From: Azolla caroliniana
Taxonomy: Eukaryota; Plantae; Polypodiophyta
DNA length: 64,000 nt
Assembly (NCBI GenBank): GCA_043228905.1
Contig: JBHGNT010000018.1
Location: 11,656,001-11,720,000, forward strand
Direction: 5' to 3'
Below, piece after piece: positions 45,721 to 57,290 of this stretch (position 1 is the first letter of the stretch; each line of letters opens with the position of its first letter). The notes under the pieces were generated by a model. It searched no databases. It saw only the letters and a program-made list of their open reading frames with translations, and was not told where the DNA came from. The translations under genes were made by a program, and so were the position numbers.

Positions 45721-46754
45721 TTTGCTTTTTCTACCCATGCTTGGGCCGTCTGACGTATCTCATCTTGCGCGGCCCAATCAACATTATTTGTTTGCTGTCG
45801 TGTCATGACTTGCTGGACTTCCTCCATAATCCTATTGAGGGCGGGACCCTTGCCTTTGCGTAGTGGACATTGTGTGGCATAATTTCTTGGTTGTTGGCAA
45901 ACAAAACAATGGACGCGAGATTCGCCTTTCTCAGCAACTAGTGGTGCGTGTTGATCCCCAATGTGACTTGCTCCTCCCGGTCCTGATTCATTCTTCTGAG
46001 TTTACGTGGTGGTTGTTGTTGGTCCTGGCACAATTCTTGGTGTCGATCATCGCCTGAACTTTCATCGTACCACCGTTGGTCCCGATACTGACGATGTTTC
46101 CCGCAAGGCCCATTGAAGCTGCCTCGTTTGTTCGTCGGACAGTAATTCTCGTAGCGTCAGCCTCCTTTATTATATCTGTGGTTGGCTAGGTAGTCTTCAT
46201 CCTCCGACTCTTCTTCTTCGGAATCGTTGTTATTCTGGCGATTTCGGTAGTGCTGGTCATCGCGTGGGTTCTGATCCGTATACCGGGGTCGTTCTTCTTG
46301 CCGCCTTTGCTCATTACGGCGAGGGGGGCGTTGTGTTTCCATGCTTCATACTGTGGGCGTGGATCTGTTCAACATATTGTACTCACACTACTGTGTGAGC
46401 TTTCGAGTGACAGATTGGGTAACTTGGATTCGCATGTTGCATTCCACTGCGAAATGCCCAGAATTTAAGCAAATTGTGCACTGGATTGCCTGGCGAAAAT
46501 ATCATTCCTCGTCCTGAGGTAACACTTGCCGTAATGAGGACATGGAAAACCTTTCCTCTTCTTCGTGCAGCTCGAGCTGTAGCACTCGTTCTATGACCAT
46601 ATCGGTTGTTTCTCCTTTCACGCTATTGTTGTTGAGCGTCGTCCGTATCGATCGTCGTAAAGCTGCCAGAAATGTCTCCCGAGCCTCGTCCTCCGTCGAG
46701 CCCTGTTCTAATATCCGCCGTAGATTTTGGAAGCATAAATTGAAATCCGCTACA

Positions 46755-47570
46755 TGTTGGGAGACAGGTCCCTCCGGATGGGAAGGGAGAAGAACAGTGC
46801 CGATGAACAAACTCGGCCGAGGCCGAAACCGTATGAGGTGGACCCGGCTACGGAGAGCCGGATGATACAGACCCGGTGAAGACCGGATGAGGAGGACCCG
46901 GCTACGGAGAGCCGGATGATACAAACCCGGTGAAGACCGGATGAGGAGTACCCGGCTACGGAGAACCGGATGATACAGACCCGGTAAAGACCGGATGAGG
47001 AGTACCCGGTTACAGAGAGCCGGATGATACAGACCCGGTGAAGACCGGATGAGGAGTACCCGGTTACGGAGAACCGGATGGTACAGACCCGGTGAGAACC
47101 GGATGAAGAGACATATTCGTAAATATGTTTCTGAGAGCCCATCGAGGCTATATTTGTAAATAGCCTAAAAGTCATATTAGTATAAATATGACTCAGGGCA
47201 AACTTTTAGCGTGGTTGTTGTCATTTTTTTCCTTGGTGGTGCAAGAAGTAGAGAGAGGACGTAACAGTGTACAGAGAGAGAGAGAGAGAGAGAAAGAGGT
47301 CGATGCCTCTATTGGTACCGCCGCCTGTGGCGAAGATCGTGAGCACGAGGTCGTTGCCTTCGTGAACTCACTGTTTTGTACATTCCAACTTAGTGATAGT
47401 TTGCAGCCTGTGGGCTGCCGTGGTTTTTCCCTCTTTGGGTTTTCCACGTAAACATTTTGTGTACCCTTTTCTCTCCTTTGTGTCATGTGTTTTCGTTTCC
47501 TGTTTCCTGTGTATGAAAAGAAGCTCGGTTGAGCCGAGCGTTGTGTATAAGGAGTGTTGAGTTCCCGTCA
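46755..47570 (+). mobile_element. Solo LTR of the Copia A lineage inserted in G2 gag
   Basis: TGTTGG..GTCA, TSD CTACA, homologous to the reverse complement of 3156-3716. Confidence 0.92.
46833..47102 (+). repeat. 5 x 54-bp tandem repeat in the U3 of the solo LTR
   Basis: Units start at 46833, 46887, 46941, 46995 and 47049; each has four CCGG. Confidence 0.95.
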
Positions 47571-48612
47571 CTACAGTCTCGGCCGACAACTGTTTAATTG
47601 TAAATTGAAATCCTCTACAGTCTCGGCACAGCAGAAACCTCGCCTCAGTGACCTTAGTGATACCTGTCGGGACCAAAAAGAAGAGGATTTCAAGAAGAGG
47701 ATTTCAATTCTCGCTCCCCAAATACCTCGGCAACCAGCAGGAAGCGTGCTCACCACATAAGCATTGTGGTCTTTCCCTACCCGCCGTAGCATCCAGCATG
47801 GCCTTCTCTTCTCTTATCCCCGCTTCAACGACAAAACCGACGTTCCAACCCACATTCGACTGTTCCTGAATGTCTGGAATGCAAATCACATGGTACAGAA
47901 ACTTTCCGAAGAAGTAGCGCACTAGGGATTTTGGAAGCATAAATTGAAATCCTCTTCTTTTTTGTCCCGACAGGTATCACTAAGGTCACTGAGGCGAGGT
48001 TTCTACCATGCGTGTTCCTCTGCCTGGCGTGTGATGGACCGTGTGATTGGTTGGTATTGTCGTGTTAGTTCTCTAGGACGTTTGCAGCTAAACATCCATT
48101 CATCACTGTTCATCTGTGAGGAGACACAGATCACCAAACGTGCCAAAAGTGTTACCGATTAGGAACACGGTCTACAATCAGTCCTTCGACCTAGACCTCA
48201 AAGTGACTGCGTTGCAACGAATGATATCGTCGTACTGTAATACTTAATGGGATACCTCCCGTATCCTAGTAGTGTATAAGGGAGACAGCTCCAACCGAAC
48301 TCCTTAGACCGTGCACCACTAACCACACTATCACTCACGCCTACGCTCTTACGATTACACTACGCCATCAAGAATCACAAACACACATTGTGGATTAACC
48401 ACAGATACGCACAAGGATTAGAGAACATAGAACTCTATTAAGATACGCTTTCTGCATTCAAAATTACACGTTACCTCTATTAGAGGATTTCTGCCCTTTA
48501 TATATACACAGGACAGGGTCTTTTAGCCGTTCATGCTTCCTGCGTGAACCGTTTACATGCGTTACGTTTTTACTGCGCTCATGTCCGTCGGTTGCTATTC
48601 CGGTAGACAACA

Positions 48613-50215
48613 TGTTGGCTGCTTGAGTCTTTTGGAGGTTTTCTTCTATTTTTCGCTTCTCTTCCTCCATTATCTTCTTCTGCTCCCTGTCTTTGGCCCT
48701 TAAGGCCTCCTGGGAAGCCAACTCCTCCCTTAGGTTGGAGAGTTCTTGTTCGCGCGCATCACTTGTGTCCGACGCTATAGGAGCTACCGGTGTGTTATTT
48801 GTCAGTTCATTCACCGGTGCCACCGGTCCTGTCGGTCCCAAGCTAGCCACGTCTGCTTTGGCCTTCTCAACATCTTCCTCCATGCTCCGGATCCTCGATC
48901 GGCCTTTCTCGAGTTCTTCAGTTGTGGCTAACAACCAGTCCCCTTGTGCTCTCTCTTCAGCTTCAATCTTGCTTACCACCCCGACCACTTGTTCTCCGAT
49001 CCAATGCATCCATTGACTACTGATGCCTTGTTTCCTTGGCGGTTCGGGTTGTGGCGTCGATTCTGGTCTCAGCTCATGCCTTTGTTGTACTGTTGTCTCT
49101 AGTAGCAACTCCTTTTCTTGTTGTACCTTTCAGTCTGGTGTGATACATAATTCTGTCCCCGGTTCTGGTAGCACTAATGCCACCGCTTTTGGCTGAACAG
49201 GACCGGTCTCTTGCCTTGGCTCACGTCCCTCGGAGTAGGGAGTCGGTGTGTTGTCCTCTACCGGAACTAATTCGTCCCCTTGTTGCCCGCGTCGCTTCTC
49301 TTTTGGTGGCGTAGAAAATCGTCGGCGGGTTCTTCCTCCACCTCCTCCTCTTGGGTTCTGATGTTAATTCTTTGGGCCAAGGTGGGCAGCTCTCACTCTT
49401 GCAAGAGCAGTTTAATTTTAAGAGGCTTTACTAGTGGTTCTACTGGTGCCTCGGTCTCCACCTGCCGCTTCCGGCTGGGCTGTTCCTTTTCCTTGCTTCT
49501 TCATCTTTATTGCCGACACTGGTGCTGCGAGAAGGGTAAGCCATTGGGCCACCGCTGTCCATACTTTCTTGCCATCCACTACGGATTGGATGGCCACTCG
49601 TAGAGAATCGGCGATGATTACCAGCCAATCCACTTTCACCCCTTCATATGTTGCGATGATGAACCCGGCTCTATTCTTAGGCATTGCCGGGGGTCGGGGG
49701 TGCACGAACCCATACTCGTGGAGCACGCGAGCTACTTCTCGGAACAAGGCATCGTCATTGCCCTGTGTCCGGTAGGCTTTGCTGGCAAGGGAGTACTCTC
49801 CGAAGAACTTCGTCAGCATCTCTAGGGAAGGATTCTCAATAGAGTACAACCCTCCCTCCAGTAACCCGATTAAGGCACAGATAGACTCCTCTGTAATTTC
49901 CTCCAGGTCGATCTTCTTTGCGACCTTTTCCGGTTCGTAATGGGGAGGTGCTTTTGCTATCCAGAGAAAACCCTCCAATCCATGTTGTGTAAACAATATC
50001 TTGGCCATCTCGAAGAGCGCCATGGGCTCCAGTGTGTCATCCGCTTCCGCGGTGGTGGTAAGCTTTGGGGTGCCTGTGGTAGCTTTTTGCGTTCGCCTAA
50101 TCACCTGTATCCACCTTTGTGTGCTAAGTGCTCTGTGTTCGCGAAATGAGAGAGCCTCTGTAAAGCGGGTGTTTTGTGTTCCCATCTTTGCCGCCATTTC
50201 TTGATCCCCATGCAT
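48613..50215 (-). pseudogene. G1 extra 3' ORF, N-terminal part
   Basis: ORFs 49418-50215 and 48613-49108 lie downstream of IN in sense orientation and are homologous to G2 41065-41799. Confidence 0.75.
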
Positions 50216-50469
50216 CCACGTCGTGTACTATTATAGAAGTTGTACGCTGCGTGGTGCGCTTTAATTGCCTGACGTCACACCATTTCGTGGTGTCTGTTCT
50301 TTTACTACCACTCCTCGCCCCTCCATGATGACTTTTTTTTTTCTCCCATGCATTCTCTACCTTTTTTACTCCTTGCCCCTGCATGATGGCTTCTTCTTCT
50401 TCTTCTTCTTCTTTTTAATGACACGTATTATTCCTTTTCCATCGTATCCGGTAACACCGGATCCGTGGT

Positions 50470-53400
50470 AGGTTCCTCTTGGTTGCCAGCTATCCGAATA
50501 CCGTTTCCGGTTCCTGCTCCGTCCTCCGGTTGTTTGAACGAGTTCCACGGCACTGGTCTGTAATACGGTTTCAATCGGAAACTATTTACCCACTTCTCAA
50601 TGATTTCGCCGGCCAGCGTTTCTAGCTGATATGACCCTTTTAACTCACGCGTTAGCTAGTACAGTCCGGTCCACTAGAACCATAACTTTCCCGGCATTTG
50701 GCCCATCCGGGTCTAAAATACGATAATCGGCTTGCCGATTACGAACATTTTCACATTTCCCTTCCGGTGCCGGTCGACGAATGCTTTCCGTCGTCGTTGC
50801 TCGAGCTCTAACTGCAGAACGCTAGCTATCCGGTGCTCCTCTAGTTCGCTCAATGTCGCTAGCTGCCTTTTTTTCGATTCCTTCTCACTTAACCTTTCCC
50901 TAACTTGTATCCGCAAACTTGGAATTTGGAACTACATCGGCATTACCGCTTCCAATCCGAAAGCTAACTAGAACGGTGTTGTCTGGATACTCGTCTTGTA
51001 AGCAGTTTGGTAAGCCCATAGTGCACTCTACAGCTTCATGTCCCAATCGGTCCAACTTTCATTAACTATTTTCAGGAGAATGTTTTGCAAGGTCTTGTTT
51101 GTGGATTCGGCCAATCCGTTGGCCTGCGGATAATATGATGTACTCCGTTTGTGCACCACCGCATAAAATGACGTTAAGCTCTCCACCACTTGGCCGAGGC
51201 AGTGCCCACCTTGATCACTGATCAGTTCGATCAAACATATGTACCGGCACCAGATGTACTCGTATAGGAACTTGGCCGTGAGTTTCCGTTGACGTCGCGG
51301 TGTTGTCCCGTAGTGCCTTTGCTTCAACTCACTTTGTGCAGTAATCTATTGCCACAATAATGTACCGGTTTCCGGTTCTCATTGCCGAAGGCTTGAAGGG
51401 TTCAATGAAGTCCAATCCCCATTTTTGAAACGGCTCCAAGGGTAATACCGACTGGTGCGGCATCCTTGCTTGCTTTGTCGGTTGGCCCATTCGTTGACAT
51501 AAGTCGCATTCCTTTGCATATCGCATCGAGTCCTTCAGTGTTGTAGGCCACCATAATCCACTTTGCCATATCTTCCTTACTATTGCATCTCCAGCATAGT
51601 GTCCTTCGGCAACTCCACAATGAGCTTCTCATAAAATTGTGTCCTTTTCGTCACTCCGGACCGCTCTTCGTCATATACTATCCGCTCCCTTGTGGTACAA
51701 CGTATCCTGCAATAAACAAAAGTGTCGGCTTTGTACCACCAACCGTTTCCCCTCATCTCGGTTTAACTCTTCCGGAGGCAGTCCGATGCTGAGGAAGTGA
51801 TGCATGTTCGTCAACCATTTGTCCTCTTCGGCAACCGTCCCATTCGCTGTGTTTTCGGCTGTCACTCTAAACAATTGCACGTCCGGTAGTTCGTCGTGGA
51901 CTCCATCACGTGCCTCTCCGGAATCTAACCGGCTCAAGTAATCTGCTACTACATGTTCTACTCCCGGTCTGTAGTAGATTTCAAATTCAAACTCCTGTAG
52001 AAACAGCGTCCATCGTGCTAGCTTGCCAGTTAATGATGATTTGGAGACCAAGTACAACAATGCCGAATGACCCACATGGAATGAGAATTTCCGTCCCGGC
52101 GAGTAATGACGGTACTTCATTACATTGTATACCATTCCCAAGGCTTCCCTTTCCGTTGTCGAGTAATTCCGTTCCGCCTGGGAGAGCTTCTGACTGGCGT
52201 AGTAAATTGGCCGGTGACACTTCGGTTCGGTGAGCCTACATAATACATAAGAACACTGCCAATCACAATATCAGATGTGTCCACAAACACATGAAATTCC
52301 TTTGACCAATCTAGGGGTTGTACCACTGGTGCCTGGGACAACATTACTTTGAGCGCATGGTATGCCCTATCCTCCAAATCCATCCATTGGAAGGGTGTCC
52401 AGTGTACAACTACATGTAGTGGCGTTGCTAGCTCGGCCAAGTATCGGAGCATCTGGCTATGCCACCGGATCTGTCCCAAAAACCGGCTTAAAGCTTTGGC
52501 AGTCGCCGGTGCAGGTGCTTCCACAGTGGCTTTAACTTTATCCAAGTCCACCGCAATCCCGTCCTTACTAACGATATGACCTAGAAGTGTGCCGCTGGTT
52601 ACCCCGAATACGCATTTCACCAGATTCAAACTTAGTCGGTAACCTCTGCATCTTTCTAGGCATAATCGGAGATGATCGAGATGTTCTCCTTTCTTGCTAT
52701 ACACCGTGAAGTCATCTAAGAACACCTGCATAAATGTTGGGATAAACTCCCCGAAAATTTCCATGATGATTCGTTGGAACGTTGTCGGTGTTGTCTTTAG
52801 CCCGAACATCATCATGACCACTACGAAGACTCCCCATTCGGTTACGAACGCTATTTTCTCCCGATCATCCGGGTGTATCCTGATTTGGTTATACCCGTTG
52901 AATCCGTCGAGGAAACTATACACCCCGTGACCCGCCACCGCATCGAAGACTCCATCCGTGAATGGAAGCAGAAATCCATCGGTGACAGTGGCCGCGTTTA
53001 ATTTCCAGTAATCTACACAGACTTGGATCTTTCCGTTTTTCTTAGGTACTACCACAATCGGGCTTAACCAAGTGGCCTTCTTCACCGTCCGGATGAAACC
53101 GACCCGCAGCAACTTATCGATCTCCTCCTTCACTTTAGCCACATAATTCAAATTCATCCGTAATGTCTCTGTGCTACCGATTTCGCATCCTTGCTCAAAT
53201 GTATCTGATCCAGTCCCCACATGTCCTCATATGACCACGCAAATACATCTCGGAATTCTTTCAATAATGTTACCATTGCCGATTTCTCGTTTGGTGGCAT
53301 TTCTTTGGCCACCTGTACCGATCTTGTTTCTTCCCTAGTTCCTAAATTCACTTCTTCCAACTGTGATGCTTTCACCCATTGTGATACCGCCATCTCCCGC

Positions 53401-54157
53401 TCTAGGGCTTCTTGTGCTTGGCTCAGTTCCCGAATTGTGTCCCGATCCGGCTCCTCACTAGCATCATCCGGGTGCACAATATATGGGGAGAATGCTTCGG
53501 CAACGTCCACTTCAAGCAGAGGGACTATCTTTGGGTTCTCCTCAAGGTATCGATCTACTTCTTCATCAGCAAACCCTTCCAGCATGTTCATGTTTTCTGG
53601 ATACAACGGTGCTACTTCCTTGCTTGGGCCTACACAGGGTTGTGTTGGTACTCTCACCTTAGTTTTCCCTCTTCGAAACGTAATATTGTTCTTCTACCAG
53701 TTTTGTTTAATATGAACAGTCTGTAACCATGGTCATCCTAGCAACAACGGATATGCTCCTTGCGCGTTCAACTGGAGGACCACCGAGGAAATCCGGAATG
53801 CATGGCCTTCGATTGTCACTTCCAAGTGTCGGATCAATCCAACCAGTTGTACCGAACTAGTGTCCGCCATCTGGAGCCAGAACGGGCATGGTTCCCATTC
53901 CTGGATTCCTAGAGTGTCGCACGTTCGTCGACTTATTACATTTACTCCCGATCCACCATCGACAATTGTCCCCGGTACTTCTCGTCCTTTGATGATGGCA
54001 GTGATTGTTGGATTGCTCATGTGGACCACTGCTGGTCCCTCTCCCGGATTTGAGAAGAACGCTGGAGTTAGTGCGGGCCTTGGTGGGGCCAATGTTGATT
54101 TTAACCCGTCGGTGAATCGGGGCACTAATTGCAGAAAATGACCCAGTGGTAGCATGA
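50470..54157 (-). pseudogene. G1 pol (PR-RT-RH-IN)
   Basis: IVDGGSGVN, FLDGFNGYNQ, FLDD, FQKWGLDFI, QANGLAESTNKTL, in frameshifted pieces. Confidence 0.92.
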
Positions 54158-54635
54158 TCTAGCATTCTTTAAATCCTGGAAACATGAGAAGACTTCGCTC
54201 TTCTTCTCAATTAGATAGACCCAAGCGTGCCGGCAAAAATCGTGGATGAAGGAGATGAAGTACCAGCTCCCCATACATCCATGTGGATTAGATTAAGACA
54301 ATTCCGGTTCCCATTCTTCTCATTGGGGAATGGAAGCCTACTTTGCTTCCCGAGCATACAAGCTTCACATACCTGGCCTTTCCGACCACTGAACTTCGGC
54401 AGTCTGAATACCACTTGTTTAGACTGTAGTTCTTGAAGCTTTTGAAAATTGATGTGATCGATCCACTTGTGCCAAAGGTCGATGTTAGGTTCAACCTTCT
54501 ATCCTTTTGCAAACTTGCGGTGCCAACATCATTTGTCTTGAGGATAAACATCCTCCCATCTCTAGGCCCACACGCTGTCGTGAAGGATTTGCTTCACGAT
54601 ATAAAAATAAATTTAAATATTGAATTCAATAATAT

Positions 54636-54700
54636 TTCAAACACTTGAACCCACAACCTTATAAACCAAGCACAATGTATATACCACTAGGGTAGGCTAT
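54636..54700 (-). ncRNA. Second, more degenerate tRNA-like cassette (tandem unit of about 138 bp)
   Basis: Minus strand: TACCCTAGTGG ... AAGGTTGTGGGTTCAAGTG; paralogous to 54773-54836. Confidence 0.5.
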
Positions 54701-54772
54701 TTGTTTTTAGAAATATTGTCAAGAATGTGCTTCACTATATAAGAATAAACTTAAATATTGTATTAAGTAAAA

Positions 54773-54836
54773 TTGAGGGACTTGAACCCTCAACCTTGTA
54801 TATCAAGCACAAACCATACACCACTAAGCTAGGTTA
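54773..54836 (-). ncRNA. tRNA-like Pol III cassette (A box, B box, TTTT) inside the solo LTR
   Basis: Minus strand: TAGCTTAGTGG ... TTGTG-CTTGATA-TACAA ... GAGGG-TTCAAGT-CCCTC, then AATTTT. There is no acceptor stem, and expression is unproven. Confidence 0.6.
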
Positions 54837-57290
54837 TTTGTTTTAGGGTTATATCCATCATTATAGTTATCCCAATACATGGGAGCTCAAATGAGCATGA
54901 TGGCTACCATGCATCACATGCAATGCATGTGCGCCAAATGGCGATCATGCATCAGATGTAACTCATGCATTACATGCATGACATTACCATATGCATGGAA
55001 ATACTTATAAAAAGAGGGGAAAGGAAAACAAAAGGGGATCAAGAGAAAGTGAGAGAAATAAGATAATAATAAAAAAAACAAACAAGTTAGCTTGTTGGTG
55101 AAGAGGCTCGTGTTTCCAAGTTGGAGTCAAGAGTTCAAATCAAGGGTCGGTAGAGAATGTGTTCAATTTGCGATCAAGGATTGTAAAGTTGGTAAAATAT
55201 TGTTTTTTTAATATACATCATGTTTATATCAAATACTCTTGCTTCTTAAATCATACTTTGTCTCTATCTTGCTTCTTGAATCATATATTGTCTCTATCTT
55301 CTATCTATTCTCATCTCTCTCTCTCTCACACACACACACATTATTCGTAACTCTTCTTCTTACTATCCTTAACCATTCTATCATCACCATACAAGCCTTA
55401 TTAAAATTTAAATTCCTTCAACTCCCCTTAACCTTCGTCCCTGCGACTTCGCCGCACGAACCACAACTACCCCGACAACGCGATCAACCGACCCTCATCC
55501 TCGATGAAGTATTTGTAGTGATTGAACCATACTTGTATGCCTTGATCGATAATTTTTCTGACAGAAACCAAGTTCTTCGTGATCGTAAAAATCTACAGTA
55601 CTTTTGGCATCAACCCCTTCGGTCTGACATGGCTGAGAGGTACATCACCCACATGTTCAATGGGATGCACGATGTTGTTGCTGCTTTCGACAACTCTCGG
55701 TTGTTCCGACTCCTCAAGAAAGGATAACCACTCTTCATGGTTCGTCATGTGGTTGGAAGCTCCGGAATAGAAATATCAGACCTCCTCCTAATTCGTGGTA
55801 TGTACTCCCATCGAATTGTCTTTGTGCTTCATTATGAGGGCAACACCCGTTTCATCTCACCTTAAGACTTCGGTGAAGTGTGATCTGTGACGCCTATCTT
55901 CGTCTCCTTGTCTTGATCTGAGTTTGTCCGAATGAATGTGCTTCTTCCAACACTCACTCTATCTCTGGCCTTTCGGGCCACAATACCGGTAGTATGTCAC
56001 GGCCTTCCTTGCCATCTTCTAGTGCTGCCTTGACTCCCCCTACTCGTGGGGTGTCTGGAACTGTTGTTGACATTTCTATTAGGCCTTTCGATCTACTCTT
56101 GTTGGCCTCCTTGTGTAGACCACCATTTGGAATGATCCGAATCAAGATGCTAGCCCTCCAAGGCAGACCTGCGCCATTTCTTCCTCCTTGATGGTCACTT
56201 TTATGGAGACGAGGGAGTCGCAAATCTCCTTGATCCGGGCAGTGTAATCAACCACAAACAGGTCTTTCTATTGGACATTGCTGAGCTGCTTCCTGAGCTG
56301 CAGGTTCCTGACCGTCGTGCTTGCGGCAAAAATCCTCTTCAAGTTCACCACACATCTTTTGGCATCTTGGTGTCTCGGATATAGTTCAAAAGTTGATCGT
56401 TCATACAAGATGCAAAGTAGTACAGAACTCTGCTTGCCGCTTGTTCCCAGGCTAGAAAATCTCAGTGTGTCGAATCCAGTGCTACATCATTCACTCCTTC
56501 AATGTAACTCTAGTACCCGTGCCAAAGCAAGAACTAGTGCATCTTGTATGACCAAGATGTGTAGTTGCTCCTATTGAGCTTTTTTGTCGGAAATGAGCTT
56601 CCCATGCCTCTGTCCATGTTCCTATCATTTCTTCTCCGGAAGACAAAAGCTTGTTTCTATGCTTGTTTGCGTGTCGACTGCAAATGATTCTTCTAACCCT
56701 CACGCTCTAATACCATGTCAAAGGATACGTGTGCAGAAGCGTTGTGTGCAAACACAGGTGGCTGGGCCGGACAACAAAAGATAGACAATTAGGTAAACAC
56801 AGAGTAGGAGAGAGAGAGACTACGTGAGCAAACAACAAAACATGTATTACAAAATAATACTCAGTCATCAATACATACAAATGTGATCACAAATAACTTT
56901 TTATACAAGCCCTAATGAGTGGGTTGACACAAGTACTATCAATACTTTAATGCTCACGAATGAGCTTGGCATTGATTAGCTTGTATAGGCCTATTTACTA
57001 AACTCCGTCCAACTCGACCAACCGATTCGGCTTAGCAACCAATTCGGCTTTGTGGTTTATTCAGTCGATCGGCCCCCGTCCGATCCGGCTCATGTTGATC
57101 TTGTCTCTCAACATTTTCCTTTCACCTATTCTCCAACTTGCAACTCCTATAATGTCACATGAGGTATGATGAACTGTGTTTACGTAGAATGCAGTGGGCC
57201 GCCTTGGTTAGCTCACAAACTATCCTACCATCTCCTACATATTCATCTAAAAAGGAATAATCACTATGTGTTCAAGGAAGATATACCCAA

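Larger units (their letters stand above)
31318..48612 (-). mobile_element. Non-chromovirus Ty3/Gypsy G2 (Athila/Tat-like), full length, degenerate
   Basis: LTRs 31318-31771 and 48150-48612, TSD TGTTG, PBS TGGCACGTTTGGTG 48132-48145, gag about 45750-47925, pol 42154-45720, extra ORF downstream of IN. Confidence 0.93.
23600..54157 (-). mobile_element. Non-chromovirus Ty3/Gypsy G1 (Athila/Tat-like, 5'-truncated) hosting Copia D and G2
   Basis: 3' LTR 23600-23780 plus 29315-29590 (TGTTA..CAACA on plus, TATAAAAG on minus near 29395), extra ORF 29631-31317 plus 48613-50215, pol 50470-54157. The LTR edges are inferred without a partner LTR. Confidence 0.75.
54576..55477 (+). mobile_element. Solo LTR, TGTCG..CGACA type, 4-bp TSD ACGC
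   Basis: Removing it plus one ACGC restores the Copia E frame (FIEDEGRLIACGPRDG). The start TGTCGTGAAG is shared with the G3 U3. Confidence 0.9.
54160..57113 (-). mobile_element. Ty1/Copia element E (B family), 5' LTR to early IN, 3'-truncated
   Basis: LTR 56716-57113, PBS TGGTATTAGAGC 56704-56715, gag start 56617, SGASNHMT near 55745-55770, LIHMDVWG near 54280. Confidence 0.88.

Noticed and set aside
46833-47102. CRISPR-like array
   Set aside because: Head-to-tail repeats with no unique spacers, inside a TSD-flanked solo LTR, and no cas genes.
54636-54836. Functional tRNA-Pro/Ser genes
   Set aside because: No acceptor stem and a weak D stem; kept only as tRNA-like cassettes.
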